Of a DNA stretch of 64,000 bases, positions 1 through 13,760 are shown piece after piece. The DNA lies in assembly GCF_018350175.1 (NCBI RefSeq), contig NC_058368.1, forward strand, positions 36,520,001 through 36,584,000, given 5' to 3'. Made by a program: the position numbers and the translations under genes. The notes beneath the pieces are model-generated. The model was not told the DNA's origin, ran no database searches, and saw nothing but the letters and a program-made list of their open reading frames with translations. Positions within the stretch are counted from its first letter, which is position 1. Each line of letters starts with the position of its first letter. This DNA is from Felis catus. Lineage: Eukaryota.

Positions 1-1067
1 CCCTTAAACCTCATGAACCAATCCCTGCCAGCTTCAAACTAACTCTGTGACTTCCTTACTTCTCTCAGCTTTCATAGGACTGAAGAGAGTTGGGGCCTTG
101 TTTTGGACTGGCTTAGGGTTTGGCTTAAGGGAATGTCGTGACTGGTTTGGTCTTCTATCAAAACCATTAAAACTTTCTCCGTGTTGGCAATAAGGCTGTG
201 TCACTTTCTTATCATTTGTGTGTTGCCCGGAATAGCCCATTTAATTTCCTTTAAGAACTGTTTCTTTGCATTTACAACTTGGCAACTGGTGCAGTGGCCC
301 AGCTTTCAGCCTGTCTCTGCTTTTTTTTTTTTTTTTTAACTTTTTATTTTTTTTAACGTTGACTTATTTTTGAGACAGAGAGAGACAGAGCATGAACGGG
401 GGAGGGGCAGAGAGAGAGGGAGACACAGAATCGGAAGTAGGCTCCAGGCTCTGAGCCATCAGCCCTGGGCCGGACGCGGGGCTCGAACTCACGGACCGCG
501 AGATCGTGACCTGGCTGAAGTCGGCCGCTTAACCGACTGAGCCACCCAGGCGCCCCCAGCCTGTCTCTGCTTTTGACATGCTTTCCTCACTAAGCTTAAT
601 CATTTTAGCTTTTGATTTAAAGTGAGAGATGTGTGACTCTTCCTTTCACTTAATACTTAGAGGTCAACGTGGGGTTATCAATTGGCTTGATTTCAAGGGA
701 ATAGGAAGGCCTGAGAAGGGAGAGATGAGAGAGCAGTGGTTGGTGGAACAGTCAGAACACACACAGTTATCGATTAAGCTTACTGTCTTACATGGATGTG
801 GTTCATGGCACCCCAAAACAATTACAATAGCAACATTAGAGATCACTGGTCACAGATCACCATAACAAATATGATAATAGTGAAAAAGTTGAAATATTGC
901 GAGAATTCCCAAAGTGTGACACACAGGTAGGAAGTGCACAAATGCTGTTGGAAAAACGACACCGATAGACTTGCTTGACACAGGGTGGCCACAGACCTTC
1001 CATTTGTAAAAAATACAATATCTGCAAAGCACAGTACAGCAAAGTACAATAAAACAAGGTATGCCCA
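1..1067 (-). mobile_element. Tigger1 DNA transposon, 5' portion (runs off the window start), interrupted by a SINE
   Basis: Matches the recalled Tigger1 reverse strand, ending in the TIR-like AGGTATGCC at ~1058-1066. The degraded transposase N-terminus lies on the minus strand. Confidence 0.85.
321..556 (-). mobile_element. Young felid Can-SINE (SINEC_Fc-type)
   Basis: tRNA-derived head, (CT)n region and poly-A tail, with CpGs intact. TSD cagcctgtctctgctttt at 307 and 557. Confidence 0.93.
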
Positions 1068-1304
1068 CATTATATTTTCCCAAATTGTATTCATAAATAG
1101 GAACTTGTAAGCCATTTTCTCCTCCCTAGAGGAGGGAATTAGCAAGTTATTTCAGTGTCTCTGGGATATAATAGCAAAAACTGAATTTTTTGGCAAGCAT
1201 GTTACAATCCACTTACACTATGGGGATGGAAACAGGATAGGCAGAGGATAGAGAGACATTTATTTGGACAGTTTTTAAAAGTATTTTTAAATGTTTTGAC
1301 AGAG

Positions 1305-1430
1305 TGCCTGGCTGGCTCAGTTGGTAGAACGTGTGATTCTTGATCTTAGGGTCATGATTTCAAGCCCCATCCATGTTGGGTGAAGAGCTTACAAATGTGT
1401 GTGTGTGTGTGTGTACACATATATATATTA
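1305..1430 (+). mobile_element. Truncated Can-SINE head followed by (TG)n/(TA)n
   Basis: gcctggctggctcagttggtag...ttcaagcccc, the A/B-box head. Confidence 0.7.
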
Positions 1431-1787
1431 AATGTGTTTTGAAGGTTTACAGTAGGTTATTAACTTCCATATTTGATAGGACCGAAGATACCTTTTAATA
1501 TAAGTGATTTTTAAAATTATTTCATGTTTTATTCCCTTCTTTCCACATATAGGCTTAGCTAATTGGAAGTTAGTTATCTTTATTTTTTTTTGTGTCTAAG
1601 CAGGAATTCATTTGTTAAAATTCCCATTTTGATATTTAGACAAATATTTTGGCCAGTAATCTCAGTGTGGTAGCAAATAATCATGTATAGATCAAAGACC
1701 ATAAAAACCACACAAGGCCATTTGACTTGGGTTTTATTGTGAGACAGTTAAGACTGCTGTATACCATTCAGTGTTCAGATATGTCCA

Positions 1788-1997
1788 TTTTTTTTTTAAG
1801 TTTATTCATTTACTTTGAGAGATCGAGAAAGAGCATGAGTGGGTAGGGGAAGAGAGAGAGGGAGAGAGAATCCCAAGCAAGTCCTGTACTCTCAGCACAG
1901 AGCCCAACGTGGGGCTTGATCCCACAAACTGTGAGATCATGACCAGAGCTGAAATCAAGAGCCAGACTCTTAACCAACTGAGCCACCCAGGTGCCCC
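1788..1997 (-). mobile_element. Can-SINE
   Basis: T-tail, (GA)n and the reverse-complement head ...agccacccaggtgcccc. Confidence 0.88.
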
Positions 1998-4900
1998 CCG
2001 TTATTTTTTGATTGAGTTCTTATCCATTTGGGAAGAATGTTTTCATTCTTAGTTTTCTCATTGGCGTTTGAAAGAATTTTCTTGTGTCATCAGCCTAATT
2101 TGTATGTGCAGTAATTGATTCTGTCTTTGATTACTTTAGGAGTTCAGGTCTCAGTTCAAACTTGAATGGGCATTCATTGCTTCAGTGGATGAAGATGGGT
2201 GGAAGGGAAGAAAACTTTAGTGTTTGCTTGTTAGTATTTCTGGCTAATTAATTAGAACATTCCTCTTCCCTAAAAAAATATATGGAGTCTGGAAATCTGA
2301 AGTAAGGATGAGTTCCATATGTCTAGTTAGTAAAATGTTTAGGCCAAGCTAAATGATTTGACACTTTTTTATTTTGATGTAGACAACTCTGGTAAGAATA
2401 TTTATTACATGTGTAATTATATGCATTGCTTTCCAAGAATCCTACAAAGTGATCTGAATGAAAGTTCTTTTATTCTTCTGCTTGAACAGGAAGTCAGCCA
2501 TGAATATTACATCATTTGAGAGACACTTGTGGTACAAACTTGCATGTGGAAGACAACTTGAAACTATACAGGAGCAAATAAGCAGATAATTTTAATAAAC
2601 TAATATGATTAGTAAGTACAAAGTATGTGTTCCACCTGCAGGCTGAACTGTGTTTTGTTTGGCTTATATATTGCTTTACAAAAAAACTAAAAGCTAAAAA
2701 TGAGAAGATCTGACAATAATTGCTTTACCTGTCCTCCTACAGACAGTCACCTGGATGCGAATTAAGGCTATCCCCTTTAGATGGGGCATGTAGTCTTCAG
2801 CTTGTCCCAGTCCTCCTCATTAGATTTTCAGTGTAGCCAGTGAATAAGTTAGACTCAAGGATTTTACCTGCTTTCAGAGGAATGAATCAAAGGGTAATTG
2901 ACTGTCTTTTGTCTCACTGGTAGTAAGAGGTATTGATGGTGATCCACTATCTCAATCAGATAAATGAGATTAAAATGATAATATTTGTCTTATCAAAGTT
3001 TTCTATCAATTGAGATTCTTGAACTATAGTTTGGGCACGTCTGTTTTTATATGCCCAAGTGGGTTCTGAACATGAAATGAAGATTGGTTCTGGCAGTAGT
3101 ACTTACATTGTGTGACCCTTCTTATTGAATATATATTCAATATTTGGAATAGGAAATCCCCTCTTCCCCAAATTGGTGGATAACAATTAATTTTGGAGCT
3201 TTTACTTCTAAAGTGAAAAGAGTTGCCCAGGATTACAAATTAAGTGACTCTGAGTAAGATGGGATGTTAATGTCTTCTATTTGTGAATGAAGGAAGCAGT
3301 TTCTAAAATCTTTTTTTTAAATGAGCACTTATTAAACTGTGACTTAAAATGGCATTATTTGAAGTTAAAATTCGTGAGAAATGTTAGTCTGTTCTGTGAG
3401 TATCATGAAGAAGTTTAGCCCTCTAGTGCCTTGCTTGTCAATAAAATGTATTTCAGTGTATTTTTAGTACAGAACAGCAATGAGTGATTTTATGTTACTG
3501 TTCCAAAATCTCCACTAGAATGGAAAAAAATGTATGTGTTTGCTGTTTTAGTAAACAAGAACTCTCTGGGGTTTGTTTCTTCTTTAAGGTCTATGCCTTT
3601 GGGTTTTGCGAGCTCAAAGATGGTACATGGGAACTGATTACAATTCTCTTCCCTCCAGGTGCGTCTTGCAGATGTGCACAGGGATCAGATCTGGCACACC
3701 TGCTCCGGTTTTTACTTGCTTTCTTTCCCAGTGACCACATTAAGGCTGGTGAATGTTGTGTTTTGTTCTTTCAGTTAACTGCGTTACTGTGGTGCATCTT
3801 GAAGCCAGTTTGGGCATTTGACTTTTATCATTTGCTTTATCCCTTTTTATTTGTTTTATTCATGGATAATGTTGGAGTATTAAATGTTTACAAAAACAAA
3901 AGGATTAATTTGTAAATCTCAGGTTACTGTTAATTTAGATTCAGTCCTTCAGTGAAAATGGTACAGTATTTATACAAGGATCACCAAGGTGTTACTGGGA
4001 AGACCTGTGAATGGGCCTCTTGTTTCTTGATAGGAGTGTAGTGGTAAGGCTCAAATCCTTTGATTTTTCAAAATATGAAGGATGAGTAAGGGAGACTTGT
4101 AAGACATGGAAACTGAGACTCAGCCACATTTTAGAATTTGTTACATTCAGGAGGCCTTTTAAAGGCATTATTTGAAAGAAATCACATGATATTTGACTTC
4201 CACATGTATCAAGTCAAATTTTCACCTCCTTATGGCTTTGGCCTTTACAATTTTTGTTAGACTTTTCCTTTTTTATATATGTAGAGTTAGGTATTTTTGT
4301 TGTGATAACAATTTTTGAATCTTTAATTATTAGTTTAGTTCTCTGATCTTTTATGATGAAACTAGGCATATTTTTATTTAATATATTATTTTGGAGTTCA
4401 CTGACTGAATTTGCCTGGTTGTGCTTTTTGTGTGTGTATTGGTGAAATTGCCTAGTTGTTCAGGAAATTGATTTGTGTAGGTATTGGCTTATGTTAGTGA
4501 GCGTATAGTATTTCTAATATTAGCGATTGTAGTTGATAAATAAAAATGGTGTGTTGTAACGAAAAGACTGATGAACTGGGACTCAGGAGGCATTGATTTT
4601 TTAACTTTGTGTCACTGAAGTTTGTGTTTTCTGGAAGGTCTGTTAACATCTTTGGGCTTTCTTTCCCTCATCTGTAGAATTGAAGAGGTGAATTTTGATT
4701 ATTTTTAAAGATTTATTCCAGTTTATCTGTCACCCTATGATCGTTTAAATCTTAAAGACTTGCCTTTCTAAAAGCAAAGTATCTTATTAGTCATTGTATA
4801 CTATTTCCACATTGTATAGGAATTTTGAAAATTGTGTTTTTTGTTATCACTTATTCAGGATTTAAGATACCACCCATATCTCTCTGTGTACCATTGCTTT

Positions 4901-6044
4901 CTATAATTGGTCTCAACCTATATTCATCTCTCATTTCTTCCCCATTTTCTAGCCAGGATATTCTAGGTTTTTGCCTGTAGAAGGTACTTTACACATTTTT
5001 ACTTTCATGTCGTTCTTCATACTATTCCCTTTTTTGCACTCTTTCCCATCCCCCAGCCACTTTGAGGCACTATAACATTTTGTTTATAATTATTTTGGCC
5101 CTGCATGTTAACTGTATATTTATTGTGTGGTGTTGTATATAAGACAGTGAACTCCTTGAAGGCAGGTGTTTAATTTTCATCATTTTACTAATCTTATTAG
5201 TGATGCACATAATACTTTTCACATATTAAAGAGGGACTTAATATTTCTAGAAGTGAATTTATAAAATGATTAATGACATGTAGTCAGCTCTTTGGTTGCT
5301 GTCTCCAGGTAGTTTACATTGACAAGTGTCTTAGAATCGGTCTGATGTTGGGAATTGATGGTGGAATTGCTGGCCATCAGGAATGACCTCGAGTTAGTTC
5401 TGTCAGACTAACACTCCTGTCTCTTTTTAGTGGAAGAATATCTGGAGGGGCAATGCTGGCACCGGCCCTTTGGTTAAAGGCCTTGATACTGTTTATGAAA
5501 GTTGTGAGATGTTAGTGGTCATTTGTATAGGTAGACTTTTGGGAGATGATACCTGAATTCTAGAATTTATCAAAGAAAATAAAATGCTTGAGTTGGGCAT
5601 GTATGAATGGGTAGAGATGATTCCCCACCCCCTTGGATTCAATCATCTTTTTACTCTTGAATTAATTATTGTGTGCAATAGATGTGTGGTTGGTTTGGAC
5701 TGGATAAGAGATCAAAAGGCAATAAGGCAATGAGTTAAAAAGCTGAAAAGAGAATAGGAAAGTAAAAGGCATAAGATAAAAAGTTGCCTTTCTGCCACTT
5801 TAAGTTGATAATACATAATTAAAGCATTCTGGTGAATATTATGTCCAAGAAAGGGGACCTGAGAAGATAAAATGAGAAAGTAGCGGAGAAGCAAATTATC
5901 AGGGATTAAATTTAAATCTATGTTATTTTTAGTTCTATTTTATAGCACATCTCAAATCTCTAAGAACTTCTGTATTAACAAATATTTAAGTCAAATATTA
6001 TATTTGCTTAACAGTAAGAATAGCTCATACGTTCATTAAGAAGT

Positions 6045-6075
6045 ATTTATTTAATGTTTATTCATTTATATTTTT

Positions 6076-6106
<31 letters not shown>

Positions 6107-6239
6107 AGGGAGGCAGAGGATCCAAAGCAGGCTCCACAATGTCAGTACAGAACCCGGTGTGGGGCTCAAACTCAAAACTGTGAGATCATGACCTGAGCTG
6201 AAGTCAGATGCTTAACTGACTAAGCCACCCAGGCACCCC
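6045..6239 (-). mobile_element. Can-SINE
   Basis: Canonical structure with approximate TSD aagtattt. Confidence 0.88.
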
Positions 6240-6507
6240 AAAAAGTATTTTGATATTTAAATTTCTCAGAAAGCATTTGGATAATTTTTAATGCAACATC
6301 CTTTTAAGGATACAAAAGATAGAAAACATGCATTGCCCATTCTTGTTCTATCAGAGATTGTAAATAGGGAATATCTAAGGCCCTTTCCCTAGTATTTGTA
6401 GTAGAAGCATTTTATAGTACAGAACAAAACTGCATGTTGACTTAAGAAAATAATCTTGGTAAATTTTTATTTTAGAAAATATTAAGCCATTTATTTTATT
6501 TTAACAG

Positions 6508-6592
6508 GTATCTTTCAGATGAAGGCATTGAAGCTTGTACAAGTTCTCCTGACAAAGTCAATATAAATGACATCATCCTGATTGCTCTCAAT
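6508..6592 (+). CDS. TDRD3: TDRD3 coding exon 2 (85 nt): (W)[28 protein letters not shown]
   Basis: Acceptor ttaacAG and donor GTaggt. Translation matches the recalled N-terminus of the long human TDRD3 isoform. Phase 2 in, phase 0 out. Confidence 0.96.
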
Positions 6593-7924
6593 GTAGGTTT
6601 TGTTTATTATCTTATATAAACATTTTAAATCTGGAAGCTATGTTCATGAGAAACCTCTTATAGAATAAATTGGATATTAAGATAAGTAATATGGAGGACA
6701 TCTTTTATTTTTATTGTACATTTTAAGTTGCAGTGATGTTTGTTGAATTTGGTAATCTCATATCAGCCCAATTTTTAGAAATATATGTTTCTTGTAACAT
6801 CTATTATACAGAATCCAGTGAAAAGAAAAAAAAATGCAACTAAACTCTCATTTCCTCCCATTGATCAGTTATAAAATTTCATAACATTTACAGTAGATAC
6901 ATATTAGCAGAAAAAAATGATCATATTTATTGAAACAAATTACCAGTTAACATAGGAACTGTAGGTAGGTTATAGCTTTTTGACAGCTGTATTTATTGCT
7001 TCAAAATAACTTTTCCTGTTAACAAAAGTAATATATATTGTAGAACACTTTAGAATACAAAAGTAAAATAAGAAAATTAGGGCTATTTATAATTACTGTT
7101 AATGTTGCATATTTATTTCTTTCCAATCTTTCTCCCTCCACCTGTCTGTAATAGCTGTATCTTTTTCATGATTGGGATTGGCTTTTGAATTTTTTTTGAA
7201 GTTATAAAAATTATTTGAAATTTAGATGTAAGTTAAATGAATATTCTTTTTTCAGTTTTGTAGTTACCCCAGTGAGAGTTTTTTCATATTGCTTTTATAA
7301 TAACAACCTATTAAATTATAATTTAATCTATTCAGTTAAAATTATACATTATGATACATAGTCAACTAAATTTATAAGAGAATTACTGCCTGATGAATCC
7401 ATCATATCACTGCAAAAGAGGTATAACATGAAGCAGAAATGGTAGCAACTGATAAGAACATTTAAGATAAAATAAATGTATAACTGTGTATAATTTTTTC
7501 TTTTCAAATTACTTAAATTTATATATAATTAAATGGACTTAAACAGATAAAATTTATGTTTCAATTCTGTCATTTTTTTCAGCTTCTTTAAATTTTATTC
7601 AATAAAACTAACAAGATCATTTTTTGTTCTAAGCTGAGAATGTAGGTTTTTAATAATAGACTATAAAATTTTTTAAAGTAAGCTTTAGAAGTTATGCATG
7701 TTATCTATGACTCCAAAGGGAAATATTCCCTATACACTTTTTTTTTGACCTGTACCCTAATAAGTGAATTCTACTTTCAAAAAATAGTGAAAGACCTCTA
7801 TTCATTGAAAAAAATTTCTAAAGATGATGAGGAAGAGATTTCGTGACAATCTCTGCTTTTCTTATTTTTCTTATATATTTAGATAAATAACAATGAGCTA
7901 TCTATAATTGGGTGTGAAGCTTTA

Positions 7925-8123
7925 TTATTTTTTAAAAGCTTATTTATATATTTTGAGAGAGAGCGAGCCCACAGACACATGAGCATGAGTGGGAGAGGGG
8001 CAGAGAGAGTGGGAGAGAGAGAATCCCAAGGAGGCTCCCACGTGGGGCTCAATCTCATGAGCTCTGAGGTCATGACCTCAAGAGATCAAGAGTCCGACAT
8101 TTAACCGACTGAGTCACCCAGGT
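7925..8123 (-). mobile_element. Can-SINE with internal deletion
   Basis: T-tail, (GA)n and head ...accgactgagtcacccagg. Confidence 0.82.
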
Positions 8124-8479
8124 TCAGTTGTAAAACTTTAAAATAAATCAAGATGAAGTATTTGTCCTATGCACATAAGAGGTAATGATAACCATTATTT
8201 TATGAATTAATTTTTTTATAATTTTCTCTGAAATATATGGTTGAAAATTCCAGCCTAAGCTATCATGCCACATAATAGGAAAAAAACAATACTTTTAATT
8301 AGGATGAGGTCTACACCAGACAGATAATCTACTTTGAACCTTACTTATCATCTTTAAATAAAATCAGGCATTTCTATTGAATTTTTTCATCTTTTAAGTG
8401 ATCAGTAGCTGAAAAAGGCTTGTATTATTGATTCTTATTACATATAACTTATTACATATTGGGAGAATAATCCATGCAT

Positions 8480-9340
8480 CAGCTTTCTTATGTCCCCCTC
8501 CTCCTGTGTGGGGGCACACTGAGCTTGTTCCTTTGTCCAGCAGTGAAAATGCAGTAATATATGTGCAGGTTTTCCCTGCTATCCAAAAGTAGAGCATTCC
8601 TATGAAAATTTTAGAAGCCAAAATGGTGTAAAGTGAAGAAGCAATTACCATTAATTTATGTGGAAAGATTTTAGAGCGTTCCCAGACCTAAAAAGTAACC
8701 TCTCTTAGGCTTTTCTGACACCATAGGGCATATCTTGCTAAAGGATGCACAAAATAAATCAAGATAAAACACAGATGCATACAACACAGTTCAAACCTAC
8801 TGTGGCTTGATGCTGAGATGCTGAGTGTGGTTCCTGGGGAAGGAGCTTAGCTGTGGCCCTCTCACTGTTTGCAGTGTGTTCTGTTTCTATGAAGGCTTAC
8901 TATAAAACAAACACTGAACCCTATTTTTGTTTTTCTCCTTTTTCTGTAAAATGAAAATCTTCAAATTTCTTTCAGTTAGTGAAAACTCACGTAGGTCTTT
9001 TGTGACAGCAAAGTGGCATAATGTTAACTTTTGCAAAGCAAGGACAACTGGACAGTGTTTCTGCTCAGGGAAGTCCACTGGAGACCAGCACCCAAGGCAT
9101 TGATTGGACTGCTTACGAAAGTACTCTGTGCCTAAATGAAACAATTCTAGACTCCTCCTTCCAAAAAGCAGCTATTCACCATAAATCACATTGTTTATAC
9201 AAATATATATAGTCTAGGCAGTGAACCACATTTTCAGTTAGGAGATGGTTCAAGTACATAGTTCCCAGATGTCAGCCTAGGGCCAACCTTGTGAAAGCAG
9301 GCCCTTCTAAAAAGAGCAGCTACATAGCTCATTTCTGTAT
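8480..9340 (-). mobile_element. Degraded ERVL-type LTR, MER21/MER68/MER77 group (fragmented)
   Basis: gttcccagatgtcagcctagggccaaccttg...gcaggcccttct matches the recalled reverse complement of this group's 5' end. Confidence 0.55.
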
Positions 9341-11875
9341 AGATTTTTATGTTGAAAAGGAAGATTCTTAAGTTTTTACTCTACCGAATGGGGAGTAGGA
9401 ATATTAAGAAATGACATTGAAATCCAACATGCAGTTTGGGGATCAAATACCTGAATTATTCAGAAGTAAATTAAGTGATAGCTCAGTCTTAAATTACTGA
9501 ATACTATGTATTGGTAAAAATTTAAAAATAGATTTTTAAAAATTTCTTTTAAGATTCTGTACAATATAAAATGATTTGCCAGATAGATATTCCATTGAAC
9601 TCACTCAATAAATAGTCAAGAATCTTTTGTATGTGTGCACACATGCATGTCTATTTATAGGCTAAATATTTCTCCTGCATAAATTTTTATGTACAATATC
9701 AATGAATTTTTGGACCCATTTGTCCTACTGATCTTGATATAATGACATCTGAATCAGAAAATTGCCTTTGCAGTATTTACAAATTGACTTTGATTTTAGG
9801 ATGCTTAAAGATTTGGTAGGTCATTTTCATCTTGCTAAAAGAATAATGAAATGATATTCATTATGTGGGTACAGCACTTTAAAAGTTAGGCAAACTTTGA
9901 ATATATTGTCTCCTTTTAGCCTGATAACAACTTTGTGAGGTAGGAGTCATGATATTTTTTCCATTTCATAAAAAAGTAAATTACCTGAATTTAGAGAATT
10001 TGTGACAGTGTCCACAGTCCTATTAGTTAATTACAGTTTGTAATGAATCAAAGTTTAGGATTTTAGTGTCATGCTTATTTCTACTTCTCATTTTAGTTTA
10101 TGTTACATTTCGTAATTACTGCTAAAAGCCAGAAATGAGGGACCATGATGTATCATAAAAGTTTATATATTCTGTTTCTTATACATATTTAAATATTTTA
10201 GACTTTGAATGACTTCAAAATAATGCCTATATTTTTATGAACTGTTAGTTGTATTACTGGCTTGATGATTATTCATATTCAGATGATAGCAAAATGTACA
10301 TGTCTTATATTCACTAAAATTAACATGATAGCTAATATTCATTAAGTGCTTACTCTTTGCAGTTTATTGACTAAGTGCTTTCGTATATTGACATTTAATC
10401 TTCAAAACAATCCTAACATAAGGAAGGCTAATATACATAGTTTTTGCCCATCTGTTACTCAGTATTTTCAAGATGAAAAAGCTTGCAACTCGAGATATGC
10501 TTTATAATTTTTTCACTCCATTATTGGTTAGAGGCTACAAACATGATAAAACTGATGCATTGTTTCACAAGTGTTTTGATTTGGGGCTTAGTTTGCCTGG
10601 CAGTTCCATTTGGTGAGTTTGTAGCTTGGGAGTAACCCTTGCATTACATTGAGAAATAAAATATGAATTATGGTGGTAAAAGAGTGGGCGATTGTGTAAT
10701 TTTATGCTCGTTTCTTAAGCTGATCACATACTGATATTTCAAATAAGAGGATATTCTATTATTGTAGGTGGTCAAAGGAGACTATCCTACTTCTATGTAT
10801 TCATTTTATATTACAGTAATTTTAATCATCTAATGTTTTCCCCTTGAGTCTAACATGAATTTTTGCCTTAACAATTCATGTGATTAAATGCACTGTTTTC
10901 TTTTATTTTGCTCTTAAGGAGATGACGACCTACTGTTATTATATTTTAAGGAATAGCAAAACAATATAAAATTGGTTAGCAATCTAACCTCACACTCCCA
11001 GTCACCAAGATAATTGCTTAGCTTAAATAATTAGGCCTCCTTCATGAATATTGACAGTTTTCCTCTGAGCAAACTTCTTACCGTTCCTTTAGTTTGCACT
11101 TCCTAAAGAAGACAGTATCCTTTGCGGTTCTGCTTTTTATGTAAATTGTACAGTTGAAGTTTTGTTTTTATATCAGAAATGCTATAACTTTGTTTATGTC
11201 AGTCCTTATGTTTTCCTTTCGATGTTTTGCTTTGGTTTGCTGAGAAATATGTACTTCTGCACTTTCATAGAGTTAGTCATTTCTTCACTAATTTAGATTT
11301 CTATAATTTATTTAAGCAAATGAAATATACTTTTACTACAGTAATATCTTACTGTTCTTGCTGTTGCAGTTGTGTTGTTCCCTAGGATATTTGTATGTTA
11401 TGTAGCTTTGTTTTGGGTATCACCGCTTGTAGAATAATGTGTTTTCATGGCTCTGCATAGCAAGGTCACATAGGATTCAGTTATCAAGAATATATTCTGT
11501 TTATGTATTTAAAAGTAGTCATTTGGTTTGGGCTTGGGCGTTAAGTTTTTTAGTAAGACTACAGTTTACATAAAAGCAAGTGTTAGGTTTTAATAGAGAA
11601 AATTTAGTAAGTTAAAAAGTTATCAAAAGGAATACGACCAGAATTAAGTCCTTAAACATTACTAGTCAACTTACCAGTGTACGTTAAACAGCATATGTAT
11701 GGGGACTATGTTATTTGAAAAGATTGATTATATGTCTAGATCTCATAATCAGCTAAAAGATACTTAAATTTCATTCTATAAAACTTAAGTAACTTCATGT
11801 TTGTTTATGAGTAAGATTAGATTTAGATTTACTTTTCTCTACAATTATATTTTAATAATAATATTTTTATTTTAG

Positions 11876-11941
11876 ACAGACTTAAGAACAATTGGCAAGA
11901 AATTCCTCCCCAGTGACATCAATGGTGGAAAGGTAGAAAAG
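11876..11941 (+). CDS. TDRD3: TDRD3 exon 3 (66 nt): [22 protein letters not shown]
   Basis: Acceptor ttttAG and donor GTaaag. In frame with exons 2 and 4. Confidence 0.96.
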
Positions 11942-12379
11942 GTAAAGAAAAATGTTAACTTCCTAAATTATGCTAACTACAATAAATATGAACATTTACT
12001 AAATTATTGCAATTATTTTTTGTCAGTAAAGACTGCAACTGCAAAATATTTTAGAAGTGAATAGATTATAGAGTCATCCTCATAGTAACTCTCTATACAA
12101 ATGGAAATCAATTGACTTGAACTTTTAAACTTTTGGTGACTTTTTCAACATTTAAAACAAAACTTCTGTTTCAGGAATTATAATTATGGCACACTTACAT
12201 GTGAGACTTACCAGATATTGCTGGAGTTCAGGACAAGGATCCTTTTGTACCTTTTAATTTTAGTTACCTATTTCCATATTTATTTAATGAATTTATTTAT
12301 GTAAAATTATAAGATTACGAGAGGATATCAGAAGCAGTTTGTCAAAGCTATGCATTTGGTTATTGCTGTCATTTTGCAC

Positions 12380-12388
12380 CACACACAT

Positions 12389-12437
<49 letters not shown>

Positions 12438-12503
12438 AATGCATAATATATATAATATAATATAATATAATACATGTTATATGTCATATAATTAGATATC
12501 TTA

Positions 12504-12550
<47 letters not shown>
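12380..12550. repeat. Compound microsatellite (CA)n / AT-rich / (TA)n
   Basis: Visible dinucleotide runs. Confidence 0.95.
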
Positions 12551-12552
<2 letters not shown>

Positions 12553-12989
12553 TGTTATGAATTTTTTCAGTGATCTTTTTAAAATCCGGGATACAGTTTT
12601 TAGGTACCAGCTACTCAGTCTTTTACTTCTTATTTATTTATATTCAATTTCTTCTTTTTATTTGAAAATACATGTAAATTGTGTCAGCCAAGAATTTTAT
12701 GTGCTGTTGGTCACTTTTTGAACTTTTAAAGAACATCATTATCTATAATGTAAATACTTTCAGTGTTTATGTTTAGAGTTTGAATAAACAGTCTTATAAT
12801 TTTAACATTTAGATATTTAATATAGTTATCAGATGTTTTAAATTTTAGATAATTGTAAAAGATCTATGATGTAACAACTTCTCTCATGTTTTTCACATTT
12901 TCTAAATATTAATCCATTTATGTAAATAATGGTCATCGTTTAGGTGGAAAGAACCATAAGAGTTTCTAATCTTATCTAGTTTTTCTAAA

Positions 12990-13190
12990 TATTGTTTCTT
13001 AATGTTTGTTTATTTTTGAGAGAGACAGAGTGAGCAGGTGGGGGAGGGACAGAGAGAGAGAGCAGGAGTCACTGAATCCAAAGCTGCACTGACAACTCAG
13101 AGCCTGACTTGGGGCTTGAACGCACGAACCGTGAGATCGTGACCTGAGCTGAAGTCAGATGCACAGCCAACTGAGCCACTCAGTTCCCTC
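12990..13190 (-). mobile_element. Can-SINE
   Basis: TSD taatcttatctagtttt at ~12967 and ~13192. Confidence 0.85.
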
Positions 13191-13555
13191 ATAATCTTAT
13201 CTAGTTTTTGACACAAATACTCAGAGAAGAAGTTCTATAAACTCCTCAGCAATTCATTTTAATGTTTAACAACACTCTGTGTCAGCAGACTTTAATTATA
13301 TTTTGATCTAAAGTTCTTATGCTACAACTTAAAGTTCATGTCTTCTTTATCTTCCCTTGGAAGTGGAGAACATCTGCTTACCTTCTCTTGGGAGTAATTC
13401 TTCATATAGAGGACTTGTAAATGTCATTGCCACAGGTTTATTTTTGCTAAGGCTAGTTTATCTTGATTCCTCTGTTATTCTGTAGCAAACTTTTCATTGA
13501 ACTTCATTGTTCTCAGAGTTCTCTCTGGTTTCTGTACACCTCTTCTTTTTGGTTG

Positions 13556-13760
13556 TAGTAGTTCTCAGACTTCAGTGTACACCAGAATCACGGTGAGGCC
13601 TGCATAAAACATAGATTGCCAACCCCTCCCCTTCCCCCCTCCCCCCCACACTTTCTGAATCCATTGAACTGGGATAGTTCAATGAGAATTTGTATTTTGG
13701 ACAAGTTTCCATAGGATATCAATTCTGCTGGTCTGGGAAGCATATTTAGCAAGCTTCTGG
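13556..13760. mobile_element. MER5A-like hAT-Charlie MITE
   Basis: gttctcagactt...cagaatcac...gagaatttgtatttt..caagtttcc...tgctggtctggga. Confidence 0.7.

Noticed and set aside
3484..3915. 143-aa ORF, the longest in the track
   Set aside because: Starts at GTG and gives a low-complexity F/L/C-rich translation typical of T-rich intron, with no recognisable domain.
13622..13648. C-tract able to form a G-quadruplex on the minus strand; also short hairpins at ~3123, ~36263 and ~38469
   Set aside because: Simple-sequence expansion inside MER5A, or short AT-rich palindromes expected by chance.
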